Assembly: GCA_002305675.1 (NCBI GenBank) | Contig: DBQA01000007.1 | Location: 174,653-238,652, forward strand | DNA length: 64,000 nucleotides | DNA from: Patescibacteria group bacterium UBA1406 | GTDB lineage: Bacteria > Patescibacteriota > Microgenomatia > UBA1406 | Reading direction: 5' to 3' | Shown: positions 1 through 9,089 of the stretch, piece after piece | Layout: each line of letters begins with the position of its first letter | How positions within the stretch are numbered: position 1 is the stretch's first letter | Translations under genes and position numbers: made by a program | Notes under the pieces: model-generated | What the model saw: the letters and a program-made list of their open reading frames with translations, nothing else | What the model was told of the DNA's origin: nothing | Database searches by the model: none

Positions 1-169
1 GCCGGTCATCCTTGGTAGTAATTTCGTAGGCGCCGATGTGCTGGGTGATGCCGCCGAACTCGCCGGAGGCCACATCCGCTTTCCGGATGGTATCCAGAAG
101 CGTGGTCTTGCCGTGGTCCACATGCCCCAACACGGCCACCACGGGAGGTCTTTTAATCGCGTTTGCCAT
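1..169 (-). CDS. infB: translation initiation factor IF-2, N-terminal part (continues off the left edge)
   Basis: Reverse-strand ATG at 167-169 gives [50 protein letters not shown], which is the G1 motif GHVDHGKT and the IF-2 G domain. It lies 29 nt downstream of nusA, the conserved nusA-infB order. It is not in the ORF track because it is cut by the window edge. Confidence 0.85.
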   Translation of the reverse strand, partial: MANAIKRPPVVAVLGHVDHGKTTLLDTIRKADVASGEFGGITQHIGAYEITTKDDR

Positions 170-198
170 TCTTGATCTGTTGAAAATTGATAACGACC

Positions 199-1164
199 TT
201 ATTTCTTTTCCTGAAGTTTCTCCTTAGAGAAGGCGTTCAGCGTGTAGCCGGTAAGCTGGGAGGCCAGGCGGATATTCTGCCCGTCGCGGCCGATGATCAG
301 TGACAGCTCGTCCGATTCAACGTACAGATCGGCGACCTTGTCCTTTTCGTTCAGGTGCACTTCCATGGCCTTGGACGGCGACACCGCATTGATGATGAAG
401 GTTTTCGGGTCATTGCTCCACTGGATGACGTCTATCTTTTCGTCTATCCCCAAAGAGTTGATGACCGACTGGATGCGGACACCCTTCTGGCCGACACAGC
501 TGCCGACAGGGTCCACCCCCCTTTCCTTGGAGTTGACGGCTATCTTGGTCCTCTCCCCGGCCTCGCGTACTATTTCTCTGATCTCGACCGCGCCTTGCGA
601 CAGCTCGGGTACCTCGCGGCGGAAAAGCTCCTTGATCAGGTTCTCGTGCCGCCTGGAAATGAGGATCTTGTAGCGGCCCTCCTCGCCTTCGGCGCTCACC
701 AGATAGAATAAAAAGCGGTTGTTGGGATAGTATTTTTCGCCCCTGATCTGTTCTTCCTGCGGCAGTACTGCCTCGGCCCGGCCGATGTCCACGAACACAT
801 TCTTGCCGTCCGAGCGGATTACCCGGCCACTGATGACCAGGCCCACCTGCTTGCCGAAGTAGTTGACTACGGCTTTCTTTTCAGCCTCGCGGATCTTCTG
901 GATGATGACCTGTTTGGCGGTCTGGGCGGCAATGCGGCCAAAGCCCGGGGGGGTTACGTCTATATTATCTTCAAATATACGGGCCTCACCGGTATCTGGG
1001 TCAATATCCACCCGAAAGTCCTCTATCTCCTCTTCCCCATACTCTTTCCTATAGGCGATCTTCACCGCTGCCTTGATGGAGTCCAGGACCTCCTCCACGG
1101 GAATACCCCGCTCGGTGGCGACCTGGTTTAAAGCTAATGAGAACTCACTTTTTCTGATTGCCAT
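199..1164 (-). CDS. nusA: transcription termination/antitermination factor NusA
   Basis: ORF 199..1200. The sequence [34 protein letters not shown]..., followed by S1-like and KH-like regions, is typical NusA. I prefer the ATG at 1162-1164 (MAIRK) over the upstream start at 1200. Confidence 0.9.
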   Translation of the reverse strand: MAIRKSEFSLALNQVATERGIPVEEVLDSIKAAVKIAYRKEYGEEEIEDFRVDIDPDTGEARIFEDNIDVTPPGFGRIAAQTAKQVIIQKIREAEKKAVVNYFGKQVGLVISGRVIRSDGKNVFVDIGRAEAVLPQEEQIRGEKYYPNNRFLFYLVSAEGEEGRYKILISRRHENLIKELFRREVPELSQGAVEIREIVREAGERTKIAVNSKERGVDPVGSCVGQKGVRIQSVINSLGIDEKIDVIQWSNDPKTFIINAVSPSKAMEVHLNEKDKVADLYVESDELSLIIGRDGQNIRLASQLTGYTLNAFSKEKLQEKK

Positions 1165-1212
1165 ACACAGAATTTTACTATGAAAGAGGCCTTTTATCAA
1201 ATGGAAAGGCGG

Positions 1213-1677
1213 CTATTCCAGCTTGAAGTCCTTCTCGAATATCCGGCTGCCCTCGCGGCTGTTGAACTTCAGGGACACCGACACCTTCTCCACCCCTTCG
1301 TCATAGGTGCAGACGTTGGTGGAGCAGCTGCCGAGGACTATCTCCTTCTCCACCTCGGGCCCGGTCGCCTTGATGCTCCCCAAAACCCCGCGGGGGATAT
1401 TGTCCGCCGTGTCGTAGGACAGTTCGTAATCGATGGAGTTGTACTTGTTGGGGATGCCCGAAATGGTCATCACCACTTTCCGGCCGTCCGGCGTCTTCTC
1501 AACGGCCACCTTGACCGATTTCTCTACAGTCGGAAGCCGACGGCCTTCGGGCAGGGTGCTTTCGTTGTTCTCCGCCTCGCCGCTCTCGCCCCTTTGGCCC
1601 ATCACGAAAACTACCCCCACCAAAAGCACTACCACTGCGGCCACGATGGCCACGAGTTTCTTCTGCTTACCGTCCAT
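1213..1677 (-). CDS. hypothetical membrane-anchored protein
   Basis: 154-aa ORF with an N-terminal hydrophobic helix (LVAIVAAVVVLLVGVVFVM). It overlaps the glyQS stop by 11 nt on the same strand. No recognisable domain. Confidence 0.6.
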   Translation of the reverse strand: MDGKQKKLVAIVAAVVVLLVGVVFVMGQRGESGEAENNESTLPEGRRLPTVEKSVKVAVEKTPDGRKVVMTISGIPNKYNSIDYELSYDTADNIPRGVLGSIKATGPEVEKEIVLGSCSTNVCTYDEGVEKVSVSLKFNSREGSRIFEKDFKLE

Positions 1678-2950
1678 ATTTGTCGTTAAAATAACTTTTA
1701 AGGTTGTCTGCCTTGATGCGCTCCTGCTTCATTGTGTCGCGGTCCCGCACGGTGACCGTATCGTCGTCCAGAGTTTGGAAGTCGATGGTGACCGTGTAGG
1801 GGGTGCCGATCTCGTCCTGGTAGCGGTAGCGTTTGCCGATGTTGCCCCGCTCGTCCCAGGCGACATGGTAATGGGCCGAAATGCCTTCAAAAACAGCCCT
1901 GGCCTTATCCACAAGCTCGGGCTTGTTGGCAAGTAGCGGAAACACTGCCGCCTTATATGGCGCCAGTTTCGGGTGAAGCTTCAGAACGACCCTGTCCTCC
2001 TCTTCGCGGTAGGCGTCTATCAGGAAAAAGAGGGCCGACCGGTCCACCCCTCCCGAGGTCTCGATGACCCAGGGGGTGAATGCCGCGCCGGTCTCGTCCT
2101 TGTAGGTCAGTTTGTGCCGGGACAGGTCCCAGTCGCCCCGGTGGTGGATTCCCTCGAATTCGCTCCAGCCAAAAGGGGCGTTGTATTCGATGTCCTCAGC
2201 GAACCTGGCGTAGTGGGCCCGCTCGTCGGGTGCGTGCTCGCGGAAGCGCAGGTGCTTCCCGTCCATGCCCAGGCCCAGGTACCAGGCCATCCGTTCCTCC
2301 TTCCAATATTTGAACCATTTCTCGCCTTCCTTGTCGTCGGGCCGGATGAAAAACTCCAGTTCCATCTGCTCGAACTCCCGGCTGCGGTAGGTGAAGTTGC
2401 CTGGGGTGATCTCGTTCCTGAAGGCCTTGCCTATCTGGGCGATGCCGAAGGGGATCTTGACCCGGGTGGAGCTTGTCACATTCAGGAAGTTGACGAACAC
2501 GCCCTGCGTTATCTCACCCCGAAGGTACGCCTTCTCTTTCGGTTCCGTCACCCCGAGGTAGATCTCGGTCAGAAGGTTGAATTTTTTTGGCTCCGTCCAT
2601 TCCCCCTTGCCTTTGTGCTCCGCCGCCTCATGCGCCGCTATCTCTTCCGTCTTGTCCGCCCGGAAACGCTTATGGCAGATTTTGCACTCCACCAGGGGGT
2701 CGGTGAAGGCCTCGGTGTGCCCGGACGCCTCCCACACTTTGGGGTTCATGGTGATGGCCGCGTCCAGGCCGACAACGTCCGGCCGCTGGTAGACCATTCT
2801 TTGCCACCACTCCCGCTTGATGTTGTTCTTGAGCTCCACACCCAAGGGGCCGTAGTCCCAGAAACCGCGAAAACCCCCGTAGATCTCGGAGCCGGGATAA
2901 ATAAACCCCCGCCTTTTGGCCAGGGAAACGATCTTGTCAACGTTCGACAT
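1667..2950 (-). CDS. glyQS: glycine--tRNA ligase (dimeric GlyQS type)
   Basis: 427 aa. N-terminus MSNVDKIVSLAKRRGFIYPGSEIYGGFRGFWDYGPLGVELKNNIK and the class II core (FRNEITPGNFTYRSREFEQMELEFF) are characteristic of alpha2-type GlyRS. Confidence 0.92.
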   Translation of the reverse strand: MSNVDKIVSLAKRRGFIYPGSEIYGGFRGFWDYGPLGVELKNNIKREWWQRMVYQRPDVVGLDAAITMNPKVWEASGHTEAFTDPLVECKICHKRFRADKTEEIAAHEAAEHKGKGEWTEPKKFNLLTEIYLGVTEPKEKAYLRGEITQGVFVNFLNVTSSTRVKIPFGIAQIGKAFRNEITPGNFTYRSREFEQMELEFFIRPDDKEGEKWFKYWKEERMAWYLGLGMDGKHLRFREHAPDERAHYARFAEDIEYNAPFGWSEFEGIHHRGDWDLSRHKLTYKDETGAAFTPWVIETSGGVDRSALFFLIDAYREEEDRVVLKLHPKLAPYKAAVFPLLANKPELVDKARAVFEGISAHYHVAWDERGNIGKRYRYQDEIGTPYTVTIDFQTLDDDTVTVRDRDTMKQERIKADNLKSYFNDKYGR

Positions 2951-2983
2951 AAGCTTTATTTTACAACAAGGACTGCCAGATAT

Positions 2984-3517
2984 CTATAATTCCCGGCTCA
3001 CAAGATCCTGCCCGCCGGTTTCCTGGAGGAACTTGTTGAGGCTGTTCCAGTTGACCTTGGTGAGAGGGGGAAGCATATAACCCATTTTTTTTAGAAGGCT
3101 CTCAAGAAAAGAAAAGAGCTCTGTTTCGCTCAGTTCTTCCTTGCCCAGACGGGCCAGAAACTTATGGAGTATGAGAAAGATCTCTTCTTCCGGTTGGTTT
3201 AAAGGCATCAGTTTATCCATGAGCTCCGCTGCCGTCAGGATGAACTTGCGCTTGGTATAGTCTGTCTTCAAAAGGTCCAGACGGCTCACCAGGTCGACCT
3301 CTCTGACAAAATTAAAGCCGTTCTTCTGTGCATAGTTGACCTTCACCAGATTCAGGGAATCGAGCGCCGTCATTCTTTTGCTGGTTATTTTCTGGGCACC
3401 CCGGGCATAGAGGAACTGTTTGCCGTGCTCACGGGTAAAAACCACCACCAGCTGGTCGTTCTCGCGGCTTCGGGCCTTCCTCAGGATGAAACCGGTCGCT
3501 TTTTTAAAGTCAGGCAT
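2984..3517 (-). CDS. recO: DNA repair protein RecO (short form)
   Basis: 177 aa. The N-terminal OB-fold pattern (ATGFILRKARSRENDQLVVVFTREHGKQFLYARGAQK) is typical of RecO. Confidence 0.7.
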   Translation of the reverse strand: MPDFKKATGFILRKARSRENDQLVVVFTREHGKQFLYARGAQKITSKRMTALDSLNLVKVNYAQKNGFNFVREVDLVSRLDLLKTDYTKRKFILTAAELMDKLMPLNQPEEEIFLILHKFLARLGKEELSETELFSFLESLLKKMGYMLPPLTKVNWNSLNKFLQETGGQDLVSREL

Positions 3518-3531
3518 GTTGTTCTGTCAGG

Positions 3532-4017
3532 TCAGTTGGCACCCCGCTCCCCCGGGCTGACGCCGTCCACCTTCCATACACCTCCTTCACCGACAAGATG
3601 GATGTTGCGGATGACCTGGCCCGTACCTGAGTAGTTCAGGCCGACTATCAGCGTGGCCGAGCGCCCCTTCTCCACTATCTGCAGGTCCTCGGTACTGACC
3701 CCCTGGTCGGGGACGTCCTGCACCCCCATCAGTCCGGCCAGATAGCCGGGGATGGCTGCCGGATCGGCCGGGGCCTCTGCCATTAGCTGTTTGGAGAGCA
3801 TGCTTTTCGCCTGCAGGGCGCTTGTGCGGCTGCCTTCAGGCGGAGCGGAGGCAATGAAGAGCTCCACGAACCGCCGGCCGGTCAGTTCGGCCGATTCGTC
3901 GCTCAGGTCGACCTGCGGGCCCGGCGGCACCGGTTCGGCCGGCCTGGCCGTGCGCCACCAGAAAAAGAGGGCGGCCACGGCTAACAGGGGGATTAGGAGG
4001 TAAAATATTTTTTTCAT
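3532..4017 (-). CDS. hypothetical N-terminally anchored/secreted protein
   Basis: 161 aa with a signal/anchor helix (MKKIFYLLIPLLAVAALFFWW). No recognisable domain. Confidence 0.6.
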   Translation of the reverse strand: MKKIFYLLIPLLAVAALFFWWRTARPAEPVPPGPQVDLSDESAELTGRRFVELFIASAPPEGSRTSALQAKSMLSKQLMAEAPADPAAIPGYLAGLMGVQDVPDQGVSTEDLQIVEKGRSATLIVGLNYSGTGQVIRNIHLVGEGGVWKVDGVSPGERGAN

Positions 4018-4051
4018 ACCTCAATTGTATAACAATTTGCCCTCTCCCGGC

Positions 4052-4696
4052 TCATAGGCCGTTCGCCCGCCTGAAGGCGGCCATCAGGTCGGCATTGCCG
4101 AGCATGGCCCGGTACTCGCTCCCCCGGGGAGTATCGAAGTGCCAGATGTCGAGCGTTCTCCTGGCATTGGCCCGTCCCTGGGGACTGAGCACAAACCCGA
4201 GCCTCTCCCTGATAGCGGCGTCTGTTCCGGGGGCAGCGGCCTCGGCATCAGGCGCATACATCTCCCTGATGAGGTCCACCCTGCCTCTGAACCGGTTGTG
4301 CCTTTTGAAGTTGGTGATCCAGCCCTTGGTCTGCCACATTCCCGGCTCCGCGCCTGCCCCGCTTCTGGCCAGGATATCCGCATACACATGGCGGGGATGG
4401 GGGTTGCCCCAGGTAAAGGGGGTGACCATCGATAGGGAAAAGCGACCGGCATCTATACCCAGGCTCCCTTTCAGGATATCCACCGCCTCCGCGCCTATCC
4501 GAAAGAGCTCGGCCGTCGTATCCTCCCGGGTGGTCAGGTTCCACTGACCATTCTCTATCTGCCGGGCGTAGATGTGCATGAGTTCGGCCAAGGCAAAACC
4601 GTTCAAAAACTCGGCCATGCCCACCAGAAGTTCCCGGCGGTAGCCGGGGGTGAATCTGAACTCACGCCAGTCGGTGCGGACTTCGGTTGTGCTCAT
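4052..4696 (-). CDS. hypothetical protein
   Basis: ORF 4052..4888. The first 64 codons overlap the preceding gene (4708..5145) and are Pro/Gly/Arg-rich. I prefer the ATG at 4694-4696 (MSTTEVRTDW...), 11 nt after the upstream stop. Confidence 0.55.
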   Translation of the reverse strand: MSTTEVRTDWREFRFTPGYRRELLVGMAEFLNGFALAELMHIYARQIENGQWNLTTREDTTAELFRIGAEAVDILKGSLGIDAGRFSLSMVTPFTWGNPHPRHVYADILARSGAGAEPGMWQTKGWITNFKRHNRFRGRVDLIREMYAPDAEAAAPGTDAAIRERLGFVLSPQGRANARRTLDIWHFDTPRGSEYRAMLGNADLMAAFRRANGL

Positions 4697-4707
4697 CTGG
4701 TAGCTGA

Positions 4708-5145
4708 CTATTTGGCTCTTTCCTCCGGTTGGGGCTCCAAAATCTGAGTAATGCCGTAGGCCTTCATGAATTCGCTCTGGATCTCCTGGCCGTGCACCGT
4801 CAGGAGAGGGAGTTCCCGGACATGGATATCGCCCGAGAACAGGCTCCGCAGATAGATGTCGGCGATCCGTTCCCGGAGAGGGGGCCACTCGGCCGGCGGA
4901 TAACCTTTGTGGCTGACCTCGGCATATTGGGCTACGAGCTTCTGCTTGATGAACTTGAATACATGGGGCAGCTCCTGCACCTTATGCAGGGCGTCAATGA
5001 TGTTGATGACCCGCAGGAGCTCGTTGTCGGCCAACAGTCCAGCCTCCCGGTACACCTCGTCCAGGGACGGGCCATCGCTCTTTAGCTTGTCCTTCCGCGG
5101 GTCGGGCGGGGGGATATTCAGGATAGCTTCCACCATTACGGCCAT
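4708..5145 (-). CDS. hypothetical protein
   Basis: 145-aa ORF, co-directional and closely spaced with its neighbours. No recognisable motif. Confidence 0.55.
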   Translation of the reverse strand: MAVMVEAILNIPPPDPRKDKLKSDGPSLDEVYREAGLLADNELLRVINIIDALHKVQELPHVFKFIKQKLVAQYAEVSHKGYPPAEWPPLRERIADIYLRSLFSGDIHVRELPLLTVHGQEIQSEFMKAYGITQILEPQPEERAK

Positions 5146-5214
5146 GTTAACGATTTAATATTAATCCATCCAATATATTTTCAGGGAGTAAGGGACGCTT
5201 AAGAAAAGGGTAAA

Positions 5215-5775
5215 TTATCTGTCAGACAGCCTGCCCTCGCCTATTTCCCTCACCTTGTCCCGGTAGAGGTAGCCCAAAGACAGGGTGTCCATGGACAGGA
5301 TGTTGACCGTGTCCAGGCCGGCTGCCACCGTCCGGCTGACAAATTCAGGCCTGGCCTCGAAGACGGACAGCCGCCCGCCCGCCACCGGTTCGACCCGGCC
5401 CATCATCTGCCTGACAGAGCCGATGAGCTGGGAGGCGGTATGGGGCTGCCAGGTGTTCACCTTCCCCGCCACCTCCATGGCTTTGTTCACCTGCCTGCCG
5501 CCGGAGTGGTGGATGGTCAGGAGTTCCGGATCGGGAAAAAGGCCGGTCTCCCACTTTCCCTCCTGTTCCCGAAACAATAGCAGGAAAGGAAACTCCCCCA
5601 TGGACAGGAGCCGCAGGAAGTTGACCGCGGCCGGCCACTCCTGGGGAGAAACATCTGGCCGCTCCAAAGACTTCAGAACCTCCTGGAGACGCAGACCGGG
5701 CAGCCTTTTCAGGGTATCGCGGAGCAATTCCTCATACGGACTGCCTTCTTCCACTAGCCGCAAATATTCGGACAT
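5215..5775 (-). CDS. hypothetical protein
   Basis: 186-aa ORF, first gene of a three-gene minus-strand cluster. No recognisable motif. Confidence 0.55.
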   Translation of the reverse strand: MSEYLRLVEEGSPYEELLRDTLKRLPGLRLQEVLKSLERPDVSPQEWPAAVNFLRLLSMGEFPFLLLFREQEGKWETGLFPDPELLTIHHSGGRQVNKAMEVAGKVNTWQPHTASQLIGSVRQMMGRVEPVAGGRLSVFEARPEFVSRTVAAGLDTVNILSMDTLSLGYLYRDKVREIGEGRLSDR

Positions 5776-5829
5776 TTTGGTAATCTACCATACCATTATT
5801 CCCGGCGCAAGAGGTATAATGGGACCAAA

Positions 5830-6492
5830 ATGTGCGGCCGGTGGGCGGTCAGTTTTTCGGCGGAGAACCTGGAAGAGCGCTATGGCGCGTCCCTTCCCGG
5901 TGGCAGGTTGAGGCCAAGCTACAACATCGCCCCCACCGCCACCGTGCCCACCGTCACCCGAAACAGTCCAAACAGGATAATCATGATGAGATGGGGACTC
6001 ATCCCTTTCTGGGCCAAAGACGAAAAGATCGGCTACCGGCTGATAAATGCCCGAGCCGAATCCGTCCGCCAGAAGCCGGCCTTCAGGCGTTCCTTCGCCT
6101 CTGCCCGCTGCCTGGTCCCGGCGAGCGGGTTTTACGAATGGCAAAAGCGGGAGCGGGAAAAGGTGCCCTTCTACATCCGTCTCAGGGATACGGAGATATT
6201 CTCCTTCGCCGGCCTCTATGACGTGTGGCAGGACCCCCAGGGCCGGGAGGTCACAAGCTTCACCATCATCACCACTGCCCCGAACAAGGTGGTCGAGCCC
6301 GTCCACAACCGCATGCCGGTGGTTCTGGAGAGGGAGGATGAAGATGTCTGGCTCGACAAAGTCACTCCGGCAGAGAAACTTCAGTCCCTCCTCAGGCCGT
6401 ATGCGCGGGAGAACAATATGGAAGCCTATCCCGTTTCCGAACGGGTCAACAACCCCCTGCACGACTCCCCGGAGAATATCAGGCCCGCCTAA
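5830..6492 (+). CDS. yedK: SOS response-associated peptidase (SRAP/YedK-type abasic-site processing protein)
   Basis: 220 aa starting MCGRW (catalytic Cys2). Contains NIAPT, MRWGLIPFW, INARAE, SGFYEW and HNRMPVVL, the hallmark SRAP blocks. Confidence 0.9.
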   Translation: MCGRWAVSFSAENLEERYGASLPGGRLRPSYNIAPTATVPTVTRNSPNRIIMMRWGLIPFWAKDEKIGYRLINARAESVRQKPAFRRSFASARCLVPASGFYEWQKREREKVPFYIRLRDTEIFSFAGLYDVWQDPQGREVTSFTIITTAPNKVVEPVHNRMPVVLEREDEDVWLDKVTPAEKLQSLLRPYARENNMEAYPVSERVNNPLHDSPENIRPA

Positions 6493-6517
6493 CTGTATAA
6501 CCTGTATAATTATCTTT

Positions 6518-6991
6518 ATGAAATATGTCCGGCCCGTTCCCCTACTGGTCTCCCTGGCCGTCAGCCTGGCCGCCGGTGCTATCGGCTCCTACTTCACCGC
6601 CCCGGCGCTCCGCGGGTGGTACAGCGCTTTGGACAAGCCCTTCTTCAATCCGCCGAACTGGGTGTTCGCCCCGGTCTGGACCTTCCTGTACCTGACCATC
6701 GGGGTCGCACTTTACCTGGTCTGGGTCGCGCCTGCCAAGGACAAGCAGGGCGCCATTGGCCTCTTTGGCCTGCAGCTTGTCCTGAACGCCCTGTGGCCTG
6801 TCCTGTTTTTCGGCCTGCGCTCGCCGGGCCTGGGGGCCATAGGTATCATGGGGCTGTGGATAGCCGTTTTCTTCACTATCCGGCGGTTCTACCGGATCAA
6901 CATCCTGGCCGGCTGGGTATTGGTGCCCTATATGCTCTGGATCTCGTTCGCCGCCGTTCTGAACCTGTCGATCTTCCTTCTGAACCTGTAA
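6518..6991 (+). CDS. tspO: TspO/MBR family tryptophan-rich sensory protein
   Basis: Within ORF 6047..6991. ATG at 6518 gives MKYVRPVPLLVSLAVSLAAGAIGSYFT...WYSALDKPFFNPPNWVFAPVWTFLY..., five TM helices and typical TspO motifs. The upstream part of the long ORF overlaps yedK in another frame. Confidence 0.88.
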   Translation: MKYVRPVPLLVSLAVSLAAGAIGSYFTAPALRGWYSALDKPFFNPPNWVFAPVWTFLYLTIGVALYLVWVAPAKDKQGAIGLFGLQLVLNALWPVLFFGLRSPGLGAIGIMGLWIAVFFTIRRFYRINILAGWVLVPYMLWISFAAVLNLSIFLLNL

Positions 6992-7057
6992 TTTATTACC
7001 CATCTCTTGCCTGTTTCATAACTATCCGTCATATGACCCGCCTACACTGTGTGAGAT

Positions 7058-7528
7058 GTGTCACATGAGTGGGTGATAGTAGCTCAAGGCGAGTTGGTCG
7101 GACGGCCTTTCATCAGGAGCCAGAAGCTCAAGAAGGGCGGGCGGCCCGTGAGCTACCCCCAACAAAGGCGGGTGCGGATAGTGGCCGGCCTTAACGAGAC
7201 CACCGGCAACTCGGTCTTCTACACCGCCGAGGGTGCGGCCCTAGACCCCTCGGAGCTGGAACACTTTGCCCTGCCCGCCGTGGCCTCCCTTTTTGACAAG
7301 GCCTTCATGGAAAAACCAACATTAGAGACCGTCAGGAAAAGGGGGGCTTCGGCGGCCGGGGTGAGCATCGATGAACTGACACGAGAGAGGGGTGGCGATC
7401 CCTCCTACCGTATACCCAAGACGGGCGGGTTTTTCCTTTCCTCCACGGCCGAGGAGATCCGGAAGGAAAGGAAGAAACGCGAGGCCAGGGAAGCCAGACA
7501 GACCGTCGTCTACCAGGCCCACCCGTAA
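7058..7528 (+). CDS. hypothetical protein
   Basis: 156-aa ORF with a GTG start and a basic C-terminal tail (EEIRKERKKREAREARQ). The start is uncertain. Confidence 0.4.
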   Translation: MSHEWVIVAQGELVGRPFIRSQKLKKGGRPVSYPQQRRVRIVAGLNETTGNSVFYTAEGAALDPSELEHFALPAVASLFDKAFMEKPTLETVRKRGASAAGVSIDELTRERGGDPSYRIPKTGGFFLSSTAEEIRKERKKREAREARQTVVYQAHP

Positions 7529-7540
7529 AGATAAAGTTTC

Positions 7541-8027
7541 AATTTTCAATTTAAAATTTTCAGTCAATTTTCAGGGGTACGGGGTTTGGATGACTGGCAG
7601 ATTTTGGTAAAAATCAGGGAAAGTTCATGAGCTTCCTGACGATGCCTTGTAAGAGACGGGTTGTTATCTATCTTCATTAAAAGGTCTATCCAGTAGGTCG
7701 TTTCCATAGCTTCCTTTTTGCATACCCCAACTTTATTCCGAAAATCGCTCCTTGAAACAGCGCCGTTTGCCTCCTGGTAGTTGGCTCCGATACTGGTACT
7801 CGAACGCAATAACTGCTCAACTATGTTTTTGTTGTAAAAAGTGATTTTAACTTTCTTAAGGGACTGGATTATATCCAAGGAGAATGATTTGGTTCTTTCG
7901 GCCAGGTCATAGCGCATAAACCTTATTATGAGATCACGGGAATTTTTTACAACGGTTTATACGCCTCTTTTTTGAAAATTGAACCCTGAGGCTTGATTGA
8001 GAATAGAAAATTTATCCTTGAAAATTA
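7541..8027. repeat. IVS-like cassette, full copy (carries the four-helix-bundle gene)
   Basis: Its ends are shared exactly with a second copy. aattttcaatttaaaattttcag occurs at 7541-7563 and 9091-9113. gaaaatttatccttgaaaatta occurs at 8006-8027 and 9270-9291. The internal block ggcagattttggtaaaaatc occurs at 7596-7615 and 9136-9155. The two ends are imperfect inverted repeats (taattttcaa...aaattttc). Confidence 0.7.
7564..7917 (-). CDS. four-helix-bundle protein (23S rRNA intervening-sequence protein / Avd-like family)
   Basis: 117 aa. The sequence YDLAERTKSFSLDIIQSLKKV...LLRSSTSIGANYQEANGAVSRSDFRNKVGVCKKEAMETTYWIDLL is the typical pattern of the family annotated as 23S rRNA IVS / four-helix-bundle protein. 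Confidence 0.8.
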   Translation of the reverse strand: MRYDLAERTKSFSLDIIQSLKKVKITFYNKNIVEQLLRSSTSIGANYQEANGAVSRSDFRNKVGVCKKEAMETTYWIDLLMKIDNNPSLTRHRQEAHELSLIFTKICQSSKPRTPEN

Positions 8028-8084
8028 TTACCCTCTCTATCGGCGTGGTATAATAGCACATACTATAAGGGTATTAATCACACT

Positions 8085-9089
8085 ATGAGCGTGAGCACCG
8101 AAACAGTGCAGCCTTTCAAATTCTTAAGGGTGACCGGTCATCCGGGCTGTACTTTTGGTTGCGAATACTGCAACCCGAAGCGGGAATACAATCCGGTCAT
8201 GATGCCCACCCGCGAGGTTCTGGACACTGTCCGGGCCGGCGTGGAACTCGGGATTGACACCGTCCATCTCACCGGGGGCGAGCCGTCCAAACGCAAAGAC
8301 ATCGTCAGGCTTGTGGCCGGTATAAAGGATGAAGGTGTACAGACCATTGAGATGACCACGAACGGTGTTCCCTTCTACCGCCTGGTCGAGGACCTCGCCG
8401 CCGCCGGCTTGAACGGCGTCAACATCAGTCTTGACACATTGGACAGGGAAAAGTTCCATCAAATTACCGGGGCCGACGCCCTGCCCTATGTGCTTGAGGC
8501 CATCGAAAAAAGCCGGCATCTCTTTGAGCGTCAGGTGGCCCTTAACATGGTTGTGATGAGAAAGAATCTGGCCGAGATGAGGGATATGGCCGAGTTCGCC
8601 CGCCAGACAGGGATCCTGGTCCGGTTCTGCGAGCTGACCCCGCACGGCCCCTACATGCAGGTTAACCCCCGGCTATTTCCGGAGCAGCATGTTCCCAAGG
8701 ACGAGATCATCTCGGTTTTGGAGGGGTTGGCCCCGATGGACGGCGCTGACAAGGGCAAGATAGACGGCCAGAACGCCCATTCGGAGTACCTGACCCTGGG
8801 CGGCGACTTTGCCAATATGACCGTCGGCATCATCGCCCCTTACTCGAACGGCTGGCCCTGTCCGGGCACGGACTGTGTCAGGCTGAGGATCGGGCCAACC
8901 AGCGCCAACTCCTGTGTCGTCTACCCCGAAAGGAATCTGATGGGACTGTCCTATGCCGGAAAAAAAGAGGTTTTGGAGGCTCTGATCGAGGAAAGAAGAC
9001 AGCAGATGGCCACTAACGGCTTCCCCGCCCACCATCAGCCGGCCTATCTCCTGTACCGTTTCGGCCTGCCCGAACCTGCCGTAGAATAG
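8085..9089 (+). CDS. radical SAM protein, MoaA-like (GTP 3',8-cyclase family)
   Basis: 334 aa. It has CTFGCEYC (CxxxCxxC), LTGGEPSKRKD, MTTNG and NISLDTLDREKF, plus a C-terminal Cys triad (CPGTDCVRLRIGPTSANSC) like the second MoaA cluster. Confidence 0.65.
   Translation: MSVSTETVQPFKFLRVTGHPGCTFGCEYCNPKREYNPVMMPTREVLDTVRAGVELGIDTVHLTGGEPSKRKDIVRLVAGIKDEGVQTIEMTTNGVPFYRLVEDLAAAGLNGVNISLDTLDREKFHQITGADALPYVLEAIEKSRHLFERQVALNMVVMRKNLAEMRDMAEFARQTGILVRFCELTPHGPYMQVNPRLFPEQHVPKDEIISVLEGLAPMDGADKGKIDGQNAHSEYLTLGGDFANMTVGIIAPYSNGWPCPGTDCVRLRIGPTSANSCVVYPERNLMGLSYAGKKEVLEALIEERRQQMATNGFPAHHQPAYLLYRFGLPEPAVE

Noticed and set aside
1973-2989. 338-aa plus-strand ORF opposite glyQS. Similar long antisense or off-frame ORFs are 36967..38187 opposite the ligase, 54914..56149 opposite the PBP, 49427..50704 opposite otsA, 43054..43941, 40650..41318, 40937..41929, 34554..35417, 5785..6462, 24698..25324 and 25361..26074.
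   Set aside because: They lie fully inside genes with clear family signatures on the other strand or frame. They are Arg/Gly/Pro/His-rich as expected for shadow frames in high-GC DNA, and they show no motifs.
4697-4888. N-terminal 64-codon extension of ORF 4052..4888
   Set aside because: It overlaps the 3' end of 4708..5145 and is Pro/Gly/Arg-rich. The internal ATG at 4696, 11 nt after the upstream stop, is the more natural start.
6047-6517. Upstream 157 codons of ORF 6047..6991
   Set aside because: They overlap yedK in a different frame and are low-complexity Ser/Pro/Arg. The TspO homology and first TM helix begin at the ATG at 6518.
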